In this document: positions 50,693 to 63,740 of the stretch, one piece after another
How the letters are laid out: each line of letters opens with the position of its first letter
Numbering within the stretch: the first letter of the stretch is position 1
Source: Chiloscyllium plagiosum
Taxonomy: Eukaryota
DNA: 64,000 bases
Reading direction: 5' to 3'
NCBI RefSeq assembly: GCF_004010195.1
Contig: NC_057728.1
Span: 6,336,863 to 6,400,862, forward strand
Program-made: the position numbers and the translations under genes
The notes under the pieces: generated by a model
Database searches by the model: none
What the model was told of the DNA's origin: nothing
What the model saw: only the letters and a program-made list of their open reading frames with translations

Positions 50693-51769
50693 CGTGTTTA
50701 TTGCCTATCCCTAATTGCCCCTTGAATTGAGTGGCCTGCTCAGATATTTCACATTGCTGTGGGTCTGGAGTCACATCTGGACAAGACCAGGTCAGGAAGG
50801 CAGTTTCCTTCTCTCAAGAGCATTGGTGATCTCTTGATACACTAAACCATCATTAGAAGTTAAAATGTTCTGCCATAATTAGGTTACCTGTTTCAAAGCG
50901 AATGTTACAAACAAAACAGATGTTGCCTCATGATTGATAGCACGATGCTCACTTCTAGGTATTACACTTTGTAATGTTCATAATTTAAGGTCATTACCTG
51001 TTAAATCTGGATCTCACTGGTTCTTATGCCTGAGCAAGGAGTGGCATTTTTTATTTGCTGTCACCCTAAACCATTGCTTTTGAGAAATGTTGGCTTCACT
51101 TCTGCCACTGGGATGAACATTGAGATGGTAGATTTCCATTGGCACAGCCTTTTTATTTTGATGAGCCAGTTGGCACATATCATCCATGACCTGATTTGTG
51201 TCTCCAATCATTGATGGATGTTGGCATTGAACAGGTACTGACAACCTGCCTCCAGCCACGCTGATTAATTAAAGCCACTTCTCACCTTTATAATTCGGAC
51301 ATTCCTTCGCTATGAAAGTCAAGTTTCTGTAAACAGAGACTTTGATCTGTTTCATGTGCCATACACTAGTGTGCAAGCCCAGTGTTAACGAATACTCACT
51401 ATACTATATAGTTTATTGTAGCTTATTTTAGGAGAGGCAGCGGCCAAGTGGTATTTTCACGAGATTGTTAATCCAGTGACCCAGGTAATGTTCTGTTCCA
51501 TGGCAGATGGTGAAATTTGAATTCAATAAAAATCTGGGATTAAAAGTCTAATGTTGACAATGAAACTGTTGCCGATTTGTCAGGGGTGGGGGGATGCCCA
51601 TCTGGTTTACTAACGTGACTCCAGACACACAGCAATGTGGTTGATTCCCAACTCCCCTCTGGGAATTAGGGGTAGCCAATAAATACTGGCTGGGCCAGTG
51701 ATGTACACATCCTGAGAATGAATTTTAAAAAATAAATTTGGATTAATGAGTAAAACTATGAGTAAGATG

Positions 51770-52010
51770 ATCATAGAATCTCTACAGTGTGGAATCAGGC
51801 CATTTGGCCTATCACGTCCACACCGACCCTGTAACCTTGCATTTCCCAGGGCTAATCCACCTAACCTACACACCTTTGGACAGTGGGGAGGAAACCCACA
51901 TGGACACAGGGAGAATGTGCAAACTCCACACAGTTACCTGAGAATCGAATCAAACCCAGGTCTCTGGCGCTGTTAGGCAGCAGTACTAACCACTGGGCCA
52001 CCATGCCACC
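51770..52010 (-). mobile_element. HE1-like SINE (internally deleted)
   Basis: Head and tail motifs. Confidence 0.82.
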
Positions 52011-52723
52011 TGGGTTAACTAATTTCACACACAGAAGCCAAATGATACAATATAATGGATCAAGAATGGATACAGTCAATATATTTAAGAAAATTGACAT
52101 TGATGCGGAGGGGTTCAAAGTTTTAAAAATAAATGGCTGTTACCAACTTCAAGGTTTTTTAAAAATTCTCTCATGGGATGTGGGCATTGCTAGCTAGCCA
52201 GCTTTTATTGCTCATCCCCAGCTGCCCTTGAAGAAGGTGTCAGTGAACTGTAATCTTGAGTTGTTGCAGCCTTAATTGGTGTAGGCACACTTGCAATACC
52301 ATCAGGAGGGAGTTTCTGGATTTTGACCCCATGAAATTGATCAGCTGGTCTGCTCCCTTGTGGAACACAACAAAATGATCTGTAAAGTTTTGTATAAGTC
52401 AAGCAAAGAGATCAACAAAGACCCAGCAATGGAATACAAAAATGCCCATTGACTGCAATGCAACTGTACAGGGGAGCAGTGTACAGCAACCAAAAGAAAT
52501 CTGAAATTAAAAACAAATTATTTGAAATGGACAACAGATTCAACAACATCAAAAGAGAAAAAAAACACAACAAATGCTAAGAGTCAAGATCTATTGTGGG
52601 CATGGAAACAGGTGACTGTAATAAGATTGGTGGTACGCTGGCTCAGTGGTTAGCACTAATGCCTCACTGTAGCAGGGAGACGGGTTCAATTCCAGCCTCG
52701 GGCAACTGTCTGTGTGCAGTTTG

Positions 52724-53340
52724 ATATGATTTTGTGTGTTTCTCTCACACACACACACACACACTTTACCAAAATTTCACACACGCAAACACACACTCTC
52801 TCGCATGCACTCACACACACTCATTCTCTCTCACTCTCTCATGCACGCCCACACACATATAAGTCTACGGGGTGAATCTGTATTTGCAGAATTGTGTTTG
52901 CAGATACACTTTAGTTTGCTCAAAAAATGCACAATCTGCAGGCAGTCAATGCAGGCAGTCAATACATGTAATGTTTTGTAAATTCCGCTTTGGAAATAGA
53001 ACCAGTCTGACTCAGGATTGGGATAGACAGAATCACACCTTTAATGCATTGTCGGAGCTGAGATGTCACCTTTTGTTATAAAACCTTAAGTTATCTCGAG
53101 AAGGTGACTTAATAGAAGTTCTGGGATTTACATATTAATGAACCAAAACCTGCAACCCATTCTAAAAGATGAAAGACTGAATAACAATCCAAGTTTGTTC
53201 AATATATCATTCCAGTTGCTATAAATTCTGTGTCTTATGGTCTTATACTCCACAACCACCTGATGAAGGAGTGTCGCTCCGAAAGCTAGTGCTTCCAAAT
53301 AAACCTGTTGGACTACAACCTGGTGTTGTGTGATTTTTAA
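52724..53340 (+). mobile_element. Penelope-like 3' terminal insertion (617 bp) with hammerhead motif (53257-53291), nested in an HE1 SINE (~52630-53560)
   Basis: 14-bp TSD CTGTGTG(C/G)AGTTTG (52710-52723/53341-53354); CAC-CUGAUGA-A-GGAGU(GUC)GCUCC-GAAAG-CUA-GUG; AATAAA; (CA)n-rich 5' part. Confidence 0.8.
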
Positions 53341-54194
53341 CTGTGTGGAGTTTGCTCCATGTCCTCCCACAGTGTAAATATGTGCAGTCAGATGGATTGG
53401 CCATGCTAAATTGCCTACAGTGTGCAGGCTGGGTGGATTAGCTATAGGAACGTAAGGGTTACAGGGATAGGGTAGGGATTTGGGATGTTCTTCAGAGGGG
53501 GGGTGTGGACCCGATGGGACAAAATGGCCTGCTTTCACATTGTAGGGATTCTATGATTCAGCAATTCAAAGACTGGGTGGGGATAAGAGGAGAACAGGAA
53601 TCTAAACTATTGACTCTTGTCACAGAGTGGGAGTTCATAGGTAAAATATCCAGTCAACCAGTGTTTTCAAGAAGTTGAGAGGAATTGAAAGCTATGCAGA
53701 ATTTGCTCTGTGTGGAGAGAAAGGCGTTAGGAGTAATTGAAAGACAATGAAAAAGCATTCAAAAGGACATAAAACAAAACATAATCAAAATGGAGGTGCA
53801 AGAAATGGTCAAGAAAATACAAATAAACAGAAAAGGACACTGAATGGTACAAGATTCTGAATCAAACAAGATGTTAAAAACCCACAGAACATCTGTTGGC
53901 ACACACAAAAAAAATGGCTATTTTCTGAAAATCAGTCCATACATCACCTTAAAATGTCACCATGTCTCCCTTTGTCTTGAAGCTGTGGTGACATTCATCC
54001 CCAGAACACCACCTTCCATGAAATGGGAGAGGTAACTAAGGTCTACAATTGCTAAAAGCTAACTTGTAGATCAAAAGGCGAACCCTGCTTTAGAAAATAA
54101 ATTCGACTTTGTTTGTGAAGGCTGAGCTGAGCTTATGTGAAACCTTTGTGAGGGACTAAATGCAGGAGTCAGAGTAAGAATGAGAGATAGACTT

Positions 54195-54625
54195 AGAGTT
54201 ATAGAGATGTACAGCACGGAAACAGACCCTTCAGTCCAACCCTTCCATGCTGACCAGATATCCCAACTCAATCTAGTCCCACCTGCCAGCACCTGGCCTG
54301 TATCCCTCCAAACCCAAATTCATGTACCCATCCAAATGCCTCTTAAATATTGCAATTGTACCAGCCTCCACCACATTCTCTGGCAGCTCATTCCATACAC
54401 GTACCACCCTCTGCATGAAAAAGTTGCCCCTTAGGTCTCTTTTATATCTTTCCCCTCTCACCCTAAACCTATGCCCTCTAGTTCCGGACTCCCCGACCCC
54501 AGGGAAAAGACTTTGTCTATTTATCCTATCCATGTCCCTCATGTTTTTATAAACCTCCATAAGGTCACCCCTCAGCCTCCGACGCTCCAGGGAAAACAGC
54601 CCCAGCCTGTTCAGCCTCTCTCTAT
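54195..54625 (-). mobile_element. CR1 3' end
   Basis: ORF 54273-54560 with TRGHRFRVRG and WNELPE. Confidence 0.93.
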
Positions 54626-55107
54626 ATGCGAAGGGCCTGTTTCTTTGCTGTCTGAGTCTATGATGTTATAACTGAAACATCAACAACCATTTGGAAAGCT
54701 GCTGGAAGCAATGGGGGAGAGCTCGAGAAATGCTGAAGAAGGATGAGTTAAGGTGGGGTAAGTGTATTTTTCACAATATGGATATCCCCGAGGAGATGGC
54801 ATCTTTGAGATGCAGAAAAGGGAAGGATAAGTATAACAGGTAGAAGGATTGTATTGTAGTTGTGGAAATGACAAAAGGTGAAGTGGTGAACTCAGAAACG
54901 AGTGTGAGGAAAGGGTAGAGGGTGGGGCTTACAGCAGAAGCAGGAAATACATGGGAAGGATATGCTCAAGGTCCTGCTAATCACAGTCAAGAAAAATATC
55001 TGTCGGAAAAGAGGCATTCAAAGCTGCTTGGTGTGAAAATTTGAGTCAACACTAAGGTACTGGGAGAAGATTGTCAATGAAGATTCTAATGCCTACCCTC
55101 AATCAGA

Positions 55108-55390
55108 GGTGGCATGGTGGCTCAGTGGTTAACACTGCTGTCTCACAGTGCCAGGGATCTCGGTTCGTTTCCATCCTAGGGCGACTGCCTGTGTGGAGTT
55201 TGCAGGTTTTCTCCATGTCTGCGTGGATTTCCTCAGCCACTCTGGTTTCCTCCCACATTCCAAAGATATGTAGGTTAGGTGGATTGGCCATGGGGTATAC
55301 AGAGTTATAGGGTCTGAGTGGGACACTGGTTGGAGTGTCGATGTGCTGAATAGAGGTTTATAAAATCATGTCCACATTGTAGGGATTCTT
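55108..55390 (+). mobile_element. HE1-like SINE
   Basis: Head and core motifs. Confidence 0.8.
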
Positions 55391-57399
55391 GGAGTAAACA
55401 ACCTTTGTAGCGGTACATCCACACTCTGGATGGCTGCTGTGATGTCAGGACTTTGTCCTTGCACTTAACATCTTGATCTGGAATTGACTTTATTTTCTTA
55501 AAACTGGTTCCTTAGTGCTTGCCGTTAGTTCCTGTTCAGTTAGGTCAACAGGGTCACCAATATCTCCCGAAAGAAGGAGCTGAGCTAGAGTTCTAACTAG
55601 TGAGTTTCCAAAAGAATTAATGCCACCTCTATACATCACCCAAATGGCCATTCTGATAAATCCAGACAGTAGATATTCATTGGCAAAAGAGTTGGGGGCT
55701 GAGAGAATCAGAGCAATATGATGTGGGCACCACAGGAGGTGTTGACACCACGGTACTAGTAATCCAAAAGGCTAGTGATCTGGGACATGGGTTCAAATGC
55801 AATCACAGAAGCAAGTGGAATGTAAACTCAATTAATAAATGGGAATACAAACATGACCATGAAACCACCATGGGTTGCTGTAAAAACCCTTCTGGTTTGC
55901 TTTTACCCTTTAGAGATGGAGATTAGTCATCCTCACCTATTCTGGCCTACATGTGACTCCAGACCCATATCAATGTGATTGATTCATAACTGCCCTCTGA
56001 AATGGCTCAGCAAGCCACTGAGTTCAAGGGTACTTAGGGATGGGTAACAAATGCTGGCCTCGCCACTGACACCCACTTCTCATGAGTGAATATAGGAAAC
56101 AAAAATGGAGCTGTTCACCCACCTCTGTCAGTTGTCGTGATTTTAAAGATGCTGGTGTTGGACTGGGGTGGACAAAGTCATAAGTCACAATGACAGAAGG
56201 TTATAGTCCTGACGAAGGAGCAATGCTCCAAATGCTTGCAATTTCAAATAAACCTATTGTCATGTGACTTCTGAATTTTTCAGCCATTAGACTTGGTATG
56301 GGGTGGACCTGCAAACTAAGACCACAGGTTAGTAACCCCAGTAACAAACTACCCCATATTTCATGTAAAGATACTTGTAAAGAATTAGTTTAAGTTTTAA
56401 TGAAGTTTGTGCTTTCTGTTTGAGGCATGATCTATTGATGACGGAGGGTATGGGAGCTCTGGCAGGCACGAGACAATATTCAGATTCCTCATCTTCCTTA
56501 TATACCTAGTCCAGATATTTCAAAAACACAAACCATCTCACTATCAAACACTACAGGAACCCTGCAGTCACTCTGCAAATGACACAGCACAGACTCATTT
56601 TGCTTCTGAGTTAAGAATCTAAGTTATTTGAAAACTGTTCTTGGAATCCTGCCAAGAATGTAATTGGCATTTTTGTTTTGTTTCCAATTCCTCACCTAAA
56701 TGGCATCATATTCACATAACTGCCTGCCTTGTGTTTTATGGCATGCTGTCTCCTGCTGTGATTGCAGTCTCCTCACGTTGCTATTAATAGAGATTTGTTT
56801 TATTTCCAATGACTCCCAACCGGGGTACACCCACATTTGCTTTGATTCATGAAGCTAAGAGAGTGAGTGCAGTCTTTATTATCAGTTTGTTTAATGCTGT
56901 AATTTTAAAAGCCTTCAACACTGATTGCCACACGAAAGAGAAATGCTTCGACCTGTTAAAATAATTGGGTTCAATTTCCAATCCGTATCAAGTTAGATTA
57001 TTTCAAATGTGAAAGCAATTCCCAGTAATTATCTATTGCATTCCTGAGCTTGGAAAAGGGGGTAAAAACAATCCCAAGACTCCTGATATGTATCACTAGG
57101 CCATAGTATAGGGCTTGAAAATGATGCCCACAATAGTGCTAAGGCTCACAGATTGGGGCAACTGTAAAGATTTGACAGCAGTACATTGAATTCGTTGGTA
57201 TTAGTAAACCCACACCTAACAAGATTTAGGAACTTAGAACAGGAATTCAGCAACTCCAGCTTATTCCACTTATCATTTTATTTACAGCTGACCTGTACCT
57301 GAATTCAATTTGCTCAACTTTGCCCTAGCTCCTTTATAGCTCTTTTAATCAACACATGTTTTGATACAAGTGCTAATTGGATTCATGTGCTAATTGGAG

Positions 57400-58412
57400 C
57401 TTGCTAATTAGATACAAAATTGGCTTGGCAGTAGGAAACACAAGGTGGTGGTGGAGGGCTGTTTTTCAGACTAGAGGCATGTGACTAGCAGTGTTTTGCA
57501 GGGATCGGTGCTGCGCCCACTTTGTCATTTTTACAAACGATTTGGATGAGAATTTAGGAGGCATGGTTAGTATGTTTGCAGATACACTAAACTTGGTGGT
57601 AGAAGGTCATCTAAGATTACAAAGGGATCTTTGTCAATTGGGCCAATGGGCTAAGAGCGGCGGATTGAGTTTTATTTGGATAAATACAAAGTATAACAAA
57701 CAAAAGCAGGACATACACAGTTAATGGTAGGGCCCTGGATAGTACTGTTGAGCAGAGGGTTCAGGTACATAATTGGCTGAAAGTGCTGTCACAAGATGGT
57801 TAAGAAGGCGTTAAGCACACTTGCCTTCATTGCTCACATTAATGAGTATAAATGTTGGGAGGTCATATTGAAGTTGTACAAGATGTTGGTGAGGTCACTT
57901 TTGGAGTACTGTGTACAGTTCTGGTCACCCTGCTTTGAAGAGCATTCAAAAAAGATTTATCAGGGTGTTGCTGGGACTTGAGGGGTTTGGGTAATAAGGA
58001 GAGGCTGCTTAGGCTGGGACTTTTCCTTCTGGAATGTAGGAAGTTGAGGAGTGACCTTACTGAGGTTTATAAAATCATGAGGGGTATAGATAAAGTGAAT
58101 AGTACATGTCTTTTCCCTAGGGTTGGGGAGTTCAAAACTAGGGGGCGTATTTTAAAGACGAAAGGAGAAAGATTTAAAAGGGACCTTTTCAAACAGAGGG
58201 TGGTTCACATGTGGAATGAACTGCCAGAGGAAATGGTGGATGTAGGTATGGTTACTGCACTTAAAAGATATTTGGACAGGTACATGAAGAGAAACGGTTT
58301 AGATGGATATGGACCAAATGCAGGCGAGTGGGACTAGTTTAGTTTGGGATTATGATCAGCTTGGACGAGTTGGACCAAAGGATGTGTTTCTGTGTTGTAT
58401 GACTGTATGATC
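57400..58412 (+). mobile_element. Degraded CR1 3' half
   Basis: MFADT, LEYCVQFWSP, WNELPEE. Confidence 0.9.
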
Positions 58413-58746
58413 CCTGGGACAGGTGGGACTTGAACCTACAATTTCTGGCCCAGAGGTAGGGACACCACCACTGGACTGCAAGAACATAAGAATTAATTGC
58501 TAGAGTAGGTGAGTTAGTCCCTCAAGCCTGCTCGGCCACTTTATACTGTTATTGTTGATCTCACCTCTGCCTCAACTGCACTTTCCTGCCCGCTCTCCAT
58601 AACGACTAAACAATAAGATAGAGGAACAGAGTTGGTCCATTCAGTCCACTCCACTATTTGATCATGGCTGAGACGTTTCTCAACCCCATTGTCCTGTCTT
58701 GTCCTGTTAACCCTTAATCCCCCTTGTTAACCAAAAACCTATCTAT

Positions 58747-59418
58747 TATGGAAAATAAAGAGCATGAAAGCATGGGAAGAGTTAAAGCATGAGGACCACT
58801 GGCGATCTGTTACAAGGGGTCTGTGGAATTGTTACACTAGTGAAAAGGTCACTGTGGCAGAATGAGGTAAGAATAGTGGAATGCTGCTACACTAACTAGC
58901 AGAGTCAGATTGGGGCTGAAAGGTCACTATGGCGGGCTGAGAAAACAACAATTAGTAAAGTCAGCCTCATCTACTAAATTCCATCATGGCAGGTTGTGAC
59001 AGGCCGGGGACAATAAATATTTAGGACATGACAATAAATATCTAATCAGTCGTTAGCAGGGTCAGCCTGGGACAGAAGCCCCTTGTGGTAGTGGGTTAGT
59101 AAAATATCTAGTCGTGACATTAGAATAATATTCAGTAGATGTTGGACAAAACCATAGTGACAGAAGTAGAGAGAAAACAGGAACTAACATTATTGGTTCA
59201 TGACATATCTGGAGAGAGATAACTCTGACTACCACAGTTGGGCATGCTAATAAGCTAACAGAAACATGATAACAAAAAGGTATAAAGAGCCACGGACTCT
59301 GACGTTTGGGGGCAATCATGAATTCGCTTTCTGGTTGTCACGGTTTTTTGTTTGCAAATAAAAGACCTACTTCTTGAAGAACTCTCTCCTGGTGATTCTC
59401 TACATTTTCTCCACGACA
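58747..59418 (+). mobile_element. Solo LTR (672 bp), ERV- or Gypsy-type
   Basis: 4-bp TSD CTAT (58743-58746/59419-59422); ends TATGGA...TCCACGACA; TATAAA at 59281, AATAAA at 59357. Confidence 0.82.
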
Positions 59419-60109
59419 CTATCTCTGTGACACAATGACTTGGCCTCCACTGCCTTCTGTGGCAATGAGTTTCACAGATTAACCACCCTCCGACTGAAGA
59501 AATTTCTCCTCATCTCAGTTTTAAAGGGTTGTCTCTTCAGTCTGACTCTCTGCCCTCGGGTCCTAGTCTCTCCTACTAGCAGGAACATCTTCTCCCCGTC
59601 CACTCTATCCAAGTCTCTCAGTATTTGGTAAGTTTCAGTAAGATCCCCCCATATCCCTCTAAGTTCCATCGAGAACAGATCCAGAATCATCAACTGCTCC
59701 TCATATGACAAGATCTTCATCCACAGGATCATTCTTGTAAACCTGCTCTGCATCCCCTCCAACACCAAGGCATCATTCCTTCGATACGGGGCCCAAAACT
59801 ACTCAGACCAGAAACATACAGTCTCAGCGGTACATCCCTGCTCTTGTATTCTAGCCCTTCTGAAATGAATGCTAACATTGCATTTGCCTTCCTACCTACC
59901 AACTGAATCTGCATAGTAACCTCCAAAAAAATCTTGAACTGGGACTCTCAAGTCCCCTTGTGCTTCAGATTTCAAAAGCCTTTCTCCAATTAGAATATAG
60001 TCTACACCTCTACTCTTCCTACCAAAGTGCATAACCTCATACTTTCCCACAGTGTTTTCCATCTGCCATTTCTCTCCCACTATCCTAGCCTGTCCAGGTC
60101 CTTCTGCAG

Positions 60110-60245
60110 GCCTTCATTCCTGATGAAGGGCTTTTTCCTGAAACGTCAAATTTCCTGCTCCTCGGATGCTGCCTGACCTGCTACGCTTTTCCATCACCAC
60201 TCTAATCTAGACTCTGATTTCCAGCGTCTGCAGTCCTCACTTTTG
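60110..60245 (+). mobile_element. 136-bp Penelope pseudo-LTR insertion with hammerhead motif (60120-60147)
   Basis: Perfect 16-bp TSD CCAGGTCCTTCTGCAG (60094-60109/60246-60261). Confidence 0.85.
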
Positions 60246-60593
60246 CCAGGTCCTTCTGCAGCCTCCCTGCTTCCACAACACTACATGCTCTTCCATCTTT
60301 CTTTCTGTCATCAGCAAACTTGTAGCAATGCCCTCAGTTCCTTCATTATGTGAATAGTTGTGGTCCCAACACTGACTCCTGTGGAATTCTACTAGTCACC
60401 ATCTATCATCCTCAAAAAGATCTTCTCTATCTCCTTTATACTCTTAATGAACAAAATTGTCCCAATCCTAGTCTCGAAAGTTTTGACTGGGCCAGCACAG
60501 GAGGTTGAACTCATAGCTTTCCATGCACTGTTGATTCTGTTATCATCTACAATGACAGATTTGCAACATAGATTTCAGTCTGTTGCTTCTTAC

Positions 60594-60724
60594 CTGGGTC
60601 AATGTCATTGGCAAGAATGTGTGATGCTCCACTCATAGAAGCTGCAATGGCAGAGGCACCACAGCCACTTCCCACGTCCAACACCCTCTTTGACCTGGTG
60701 ACCGCAGGGTTATCCAGGATGTAT
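60594..60724 (-). CDS. ETFBKMT: ETFBKMT internal exon with SAM-binding motif I (YILDNPAVTRSKRVLDVGSGCGASAIAASMSGASHILANDIDP)
   Basis: TTCCTAG|...CCAG|GTAAGA; 131 nt; phase 1 end joins in frame to 44736. Upstream exon(s) presumably lie beyond 64000. Confidence 0.95.
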
Positions 60725-61074
60725 CTAGGAACAATGTTTAGAACAAATGAGTTTGGATGCTTCGGGCTTCTCGGAGCACTGCATCATCACAAAACTATTC
60801 TGCCCCTCTTTCCTCTCCTTTTCCACTGCTGGATTTGACTTTAGGTACATCATCTACAGCTGCCTATGGCTTTATGAGGTCACTATTTATAATGTATAAG
60901 CCTGAAGTTCACTGATCACTGACAAAGTGCTGAAACGTCATATTCACTCCGAAGCAGCCTTGGCTCAATGGTCGCACTCTTGTTTTTGAATCAGAAGCTC
61001 CTGGGCTCACACCATGTTTTTGAGATTCAAACTCAAATCTATGATGACATTCTACGGACAGATTGGGACCAGTG

Positions 61075-61630
61075 GAGTCATAGAGTCATAGAGATGTGCA
61101 GCATGGAAACCGACCCTTCAGTCCAACTCGTCCATGCCGACCAGATATCCCAACCCAATCTAGTCCCACCAGCCAGTACCCGGCCCATACCCCTCCAAAC
61201 CTTTCCTATTCATATACCCATCCAGATGCCTCTTAAATGTTGCAATTGTACCAGCCTCCACCACATCCTCTGGCAGCTCATTCCACACACGTACCACCCT
61301 CTGCATGAAAAAGTTGCCCGTTAGATCTCTTTTATATCTTTCCCCTCTCACCCTAAACCTATGCCCTCTAGTTCTGGACTCCCCCAAGCCAAGGAAAAGA
61401 CTTTGCCTATTTATCCTATGCACGCCCTTCACAATTTTGTAAACTTCAATAAGGTCAGCCCTCAGCCTCCGACGATCCAGAGAAAACGGCCCCAACCTAT
61501 TCAACCTCTCCCTTTAACTCAAATCCTCCAACCCTGGCAACATCCTTGTAAGTCTTTTCTGAACCCTTTCAAGTTTCACAACATCTTTCCGATAGGAAGG
61601 AAACCAGAACTGCGTGCAATATTCCAAAGA
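61075..61630 (-). mobile_element. CR1 3' end
   Basis: ORF 61160-61504; (GAGTCATA)n tail. Confidence 0.93.
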
Positions 61631-61679
61631 TCCTGCACTTGAAGGAGGCATTTAACTGAAAACCTGGCAGACCTCTCAG

Positions 61680-62140
61680 ATAAACGTAAAACAATATCCA
61701 TGGCACAGATCTAAGAAGAGCAGGGAGCTCCCACTCTCCAAGCCAATAGTTATCCTATCAACAATAACGCAAAGGTTGTAAAGCTCAAGCTCCACTCCAC
61801 AGCTTGAGTATAAAGTTGAGGCTATCGTTTCCAGTGTGACACTAAAGGAGTGCTGCACTGACTGATTTTGATTTCAGGTAAATGTAAAAGACCCACAGTC
61901 TGAACAGTTGTAGGGAAGCTATCCCCAGTCTCCTGGTCAATATTTACCCCCTCAATTAACACTACAAAACAGATTATCTGGTCCGTAGTGTATTGTTTGT
62001 GGGAGTTTGGAATGTGAACCTTGGTCACTCTGTTTCCCACAGTGACTATGCTTCCACAGTGGTTCATTTACTGTAAAAGTCCTTTGGGACAGCCCTTGGT
62101 TATAGAAGTGACCAAAGAAACACAAGTCTGTTCTTTTTTT
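61680..62140 (+). mobile_element. DeuSINE-like fragments (another at ~49705-49930)
   Basis: CCATGGCAC..GAAGAGCAGGG, AATATTTACCCCTCAA..AACAGATTATCTGGTC..TGTTTGTGGGAG Deu-domain-like motifs. Confidence 0.65.
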
Positions 62141-62234
62141 CTCAACCATATTAAAACAGACATAAAAGATTTCTTTGCTTTCTGTGGGAGCTTCAATACG
62201 ATGGTATCGTCATAGTGAGTCTGAGCTTCCAGTT

Positions 62235-62680
62235 ACCTGACACTTCGAAACACCACTGTGTTCCTTGGCCACCATCTCTGTCCTGGGCCTACTGCAGAGC
62301 TCCAGGGAGGCTCAGCACAAGCTGGAAGAACAGCATCTCATTTTCCACTTGGGAACCCTGCAGCCTTCAGCTCTTAACATAGAGTTCCATAAATTTAGGG
62401 CCTGAATACCTCCTTTCACGACATACCCCTAGCCCTGTCATCACAGCTAAACCCATTTTCACCTAGTCATTGTCAGCTTTACTCTTTCCCTGGCTTCCCA
62501 TTATCTGCCCGTCAATCTCTCCCTCTCCATTTCCGCCTATCTGTTCACTCCTTTGCCCCTCATTCCCTGTCATCAGCATAAATACCATCCTTTCCTAGCT
62601 ATTATCAGTCCTGAACATGGGTCACTCATCTCAAACCACAGATACTGCCTGCCCTGTGGAGTTTCTCAGCAATTTGTTAC
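62235..62680 (+). mobile_element. Old Penelope-like GIY-YIG C-terminal fragment and 3' end
   Basis: VLGLLQ...KLEEQHLIFHLGTLQP.ALNIEF. Confidence 0.75.
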
Positions 62681-62789
62681 TTATTTGGAATGTCCTGACA
62701 TCATTATTTTAAATTGCAAATCTTCCTTCCTTTACTCACTGCCATTTAATCTGTGAGTTTCGTTAACTGTTAGTAACATAAACATACTC

Positions 62790-63740
62790 ACTTTGTGATT
62801 TTTACAAATGACTTGGTGAGGAAGTGGAAGGGTGGGTTCGTAAGTTTGCTGATGACACCAAGATTGGTGGAGTGGTGGATAGTGTGGAGGGCTGTTGTAG
62901 ATTGCAATGGGACATTGACAGGATGCAGAGTTGGGCTGATAAGTGGCAGATTGAGTTCAACCTGAAAAAGTGTGAAGTGATTCATTTTGGAAGGTAGAAT
63001 TTGAATTCAGATTACAGGATTAAAGGCAGGATTCTTGGCAGTGTAGAGAAACAGAGGGATCTTTGGATCCATGTCCATTGATACCTCAAAGCTGCCACCC
63101 AAGTTGAAAGGGTTGTTAAGAAGGCATATGGTGTGTTGATTTTCATTAGCAGGGGGATTGAGTTTAAGAGCCGCGAGGTTATACTACACCTCTATAAATC
63201 CCTGGTTAGACCGCACTTGGAATATTGTGTTCAGTTCTTGTTGCCTCATTATAGGAAGGATGGGGAAGCTTTAAAGAGGGTGCAGAGGAGATTACCAAGA
63301 TGCTGTCCAGACTGGAGGGCAGGTCTTATGAAGGTTTTGGGAGCTAGGGCTTTTCTCATCGAAGCGAAGAAGGATGTGAGGTGACTTGATAGAGGTGTAC
63401 AAGATGATGAGAGACATAGATAGAATGGATAGTCAGAGACTTTTTCCCAGGATGGAAATGGCTATCACAAGGGGGCATAATTTCAAGGTGACTGGAGGAA
63501 GGTTTAGGGGAGATGTCAGACGTCAGTTCTTTACACAGAGAGTGAAGGGTGCGTGGAATGCACTGCCAGCAGTGGTAGTAGAGTCAGATACATTAGGGAC
63601 ATTTAAACTACACTTGGATAGGCACATGGATGATAGTACAATGAAGGGTATGTAGGTTAGTCTGATCTTAGACAGGATAAAAAGTCAGCACAACATTGAG
63701 GGCCGAAGGGCCTATACTGTGCTGTACTGTTCTATGTTTA
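62790..63740 (+). mobile_element. CR1 3' half
   Basis: KFADDTKIGG, RPHLEYCVQF, WNALPA; TGTTCTATGTT tail. Confidence 0.93.

Larger units (their letters stand above)
58610..60420 (-). mobile_element. CR1 3' half interrupted by a solo LTR and a Penelope fragment
   Basis: WQMENTVGKYEV, KANAMLAFIS, ETRTRGQ; the CR1 sequence rejoins across both inserts. Confidence 0.85.
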
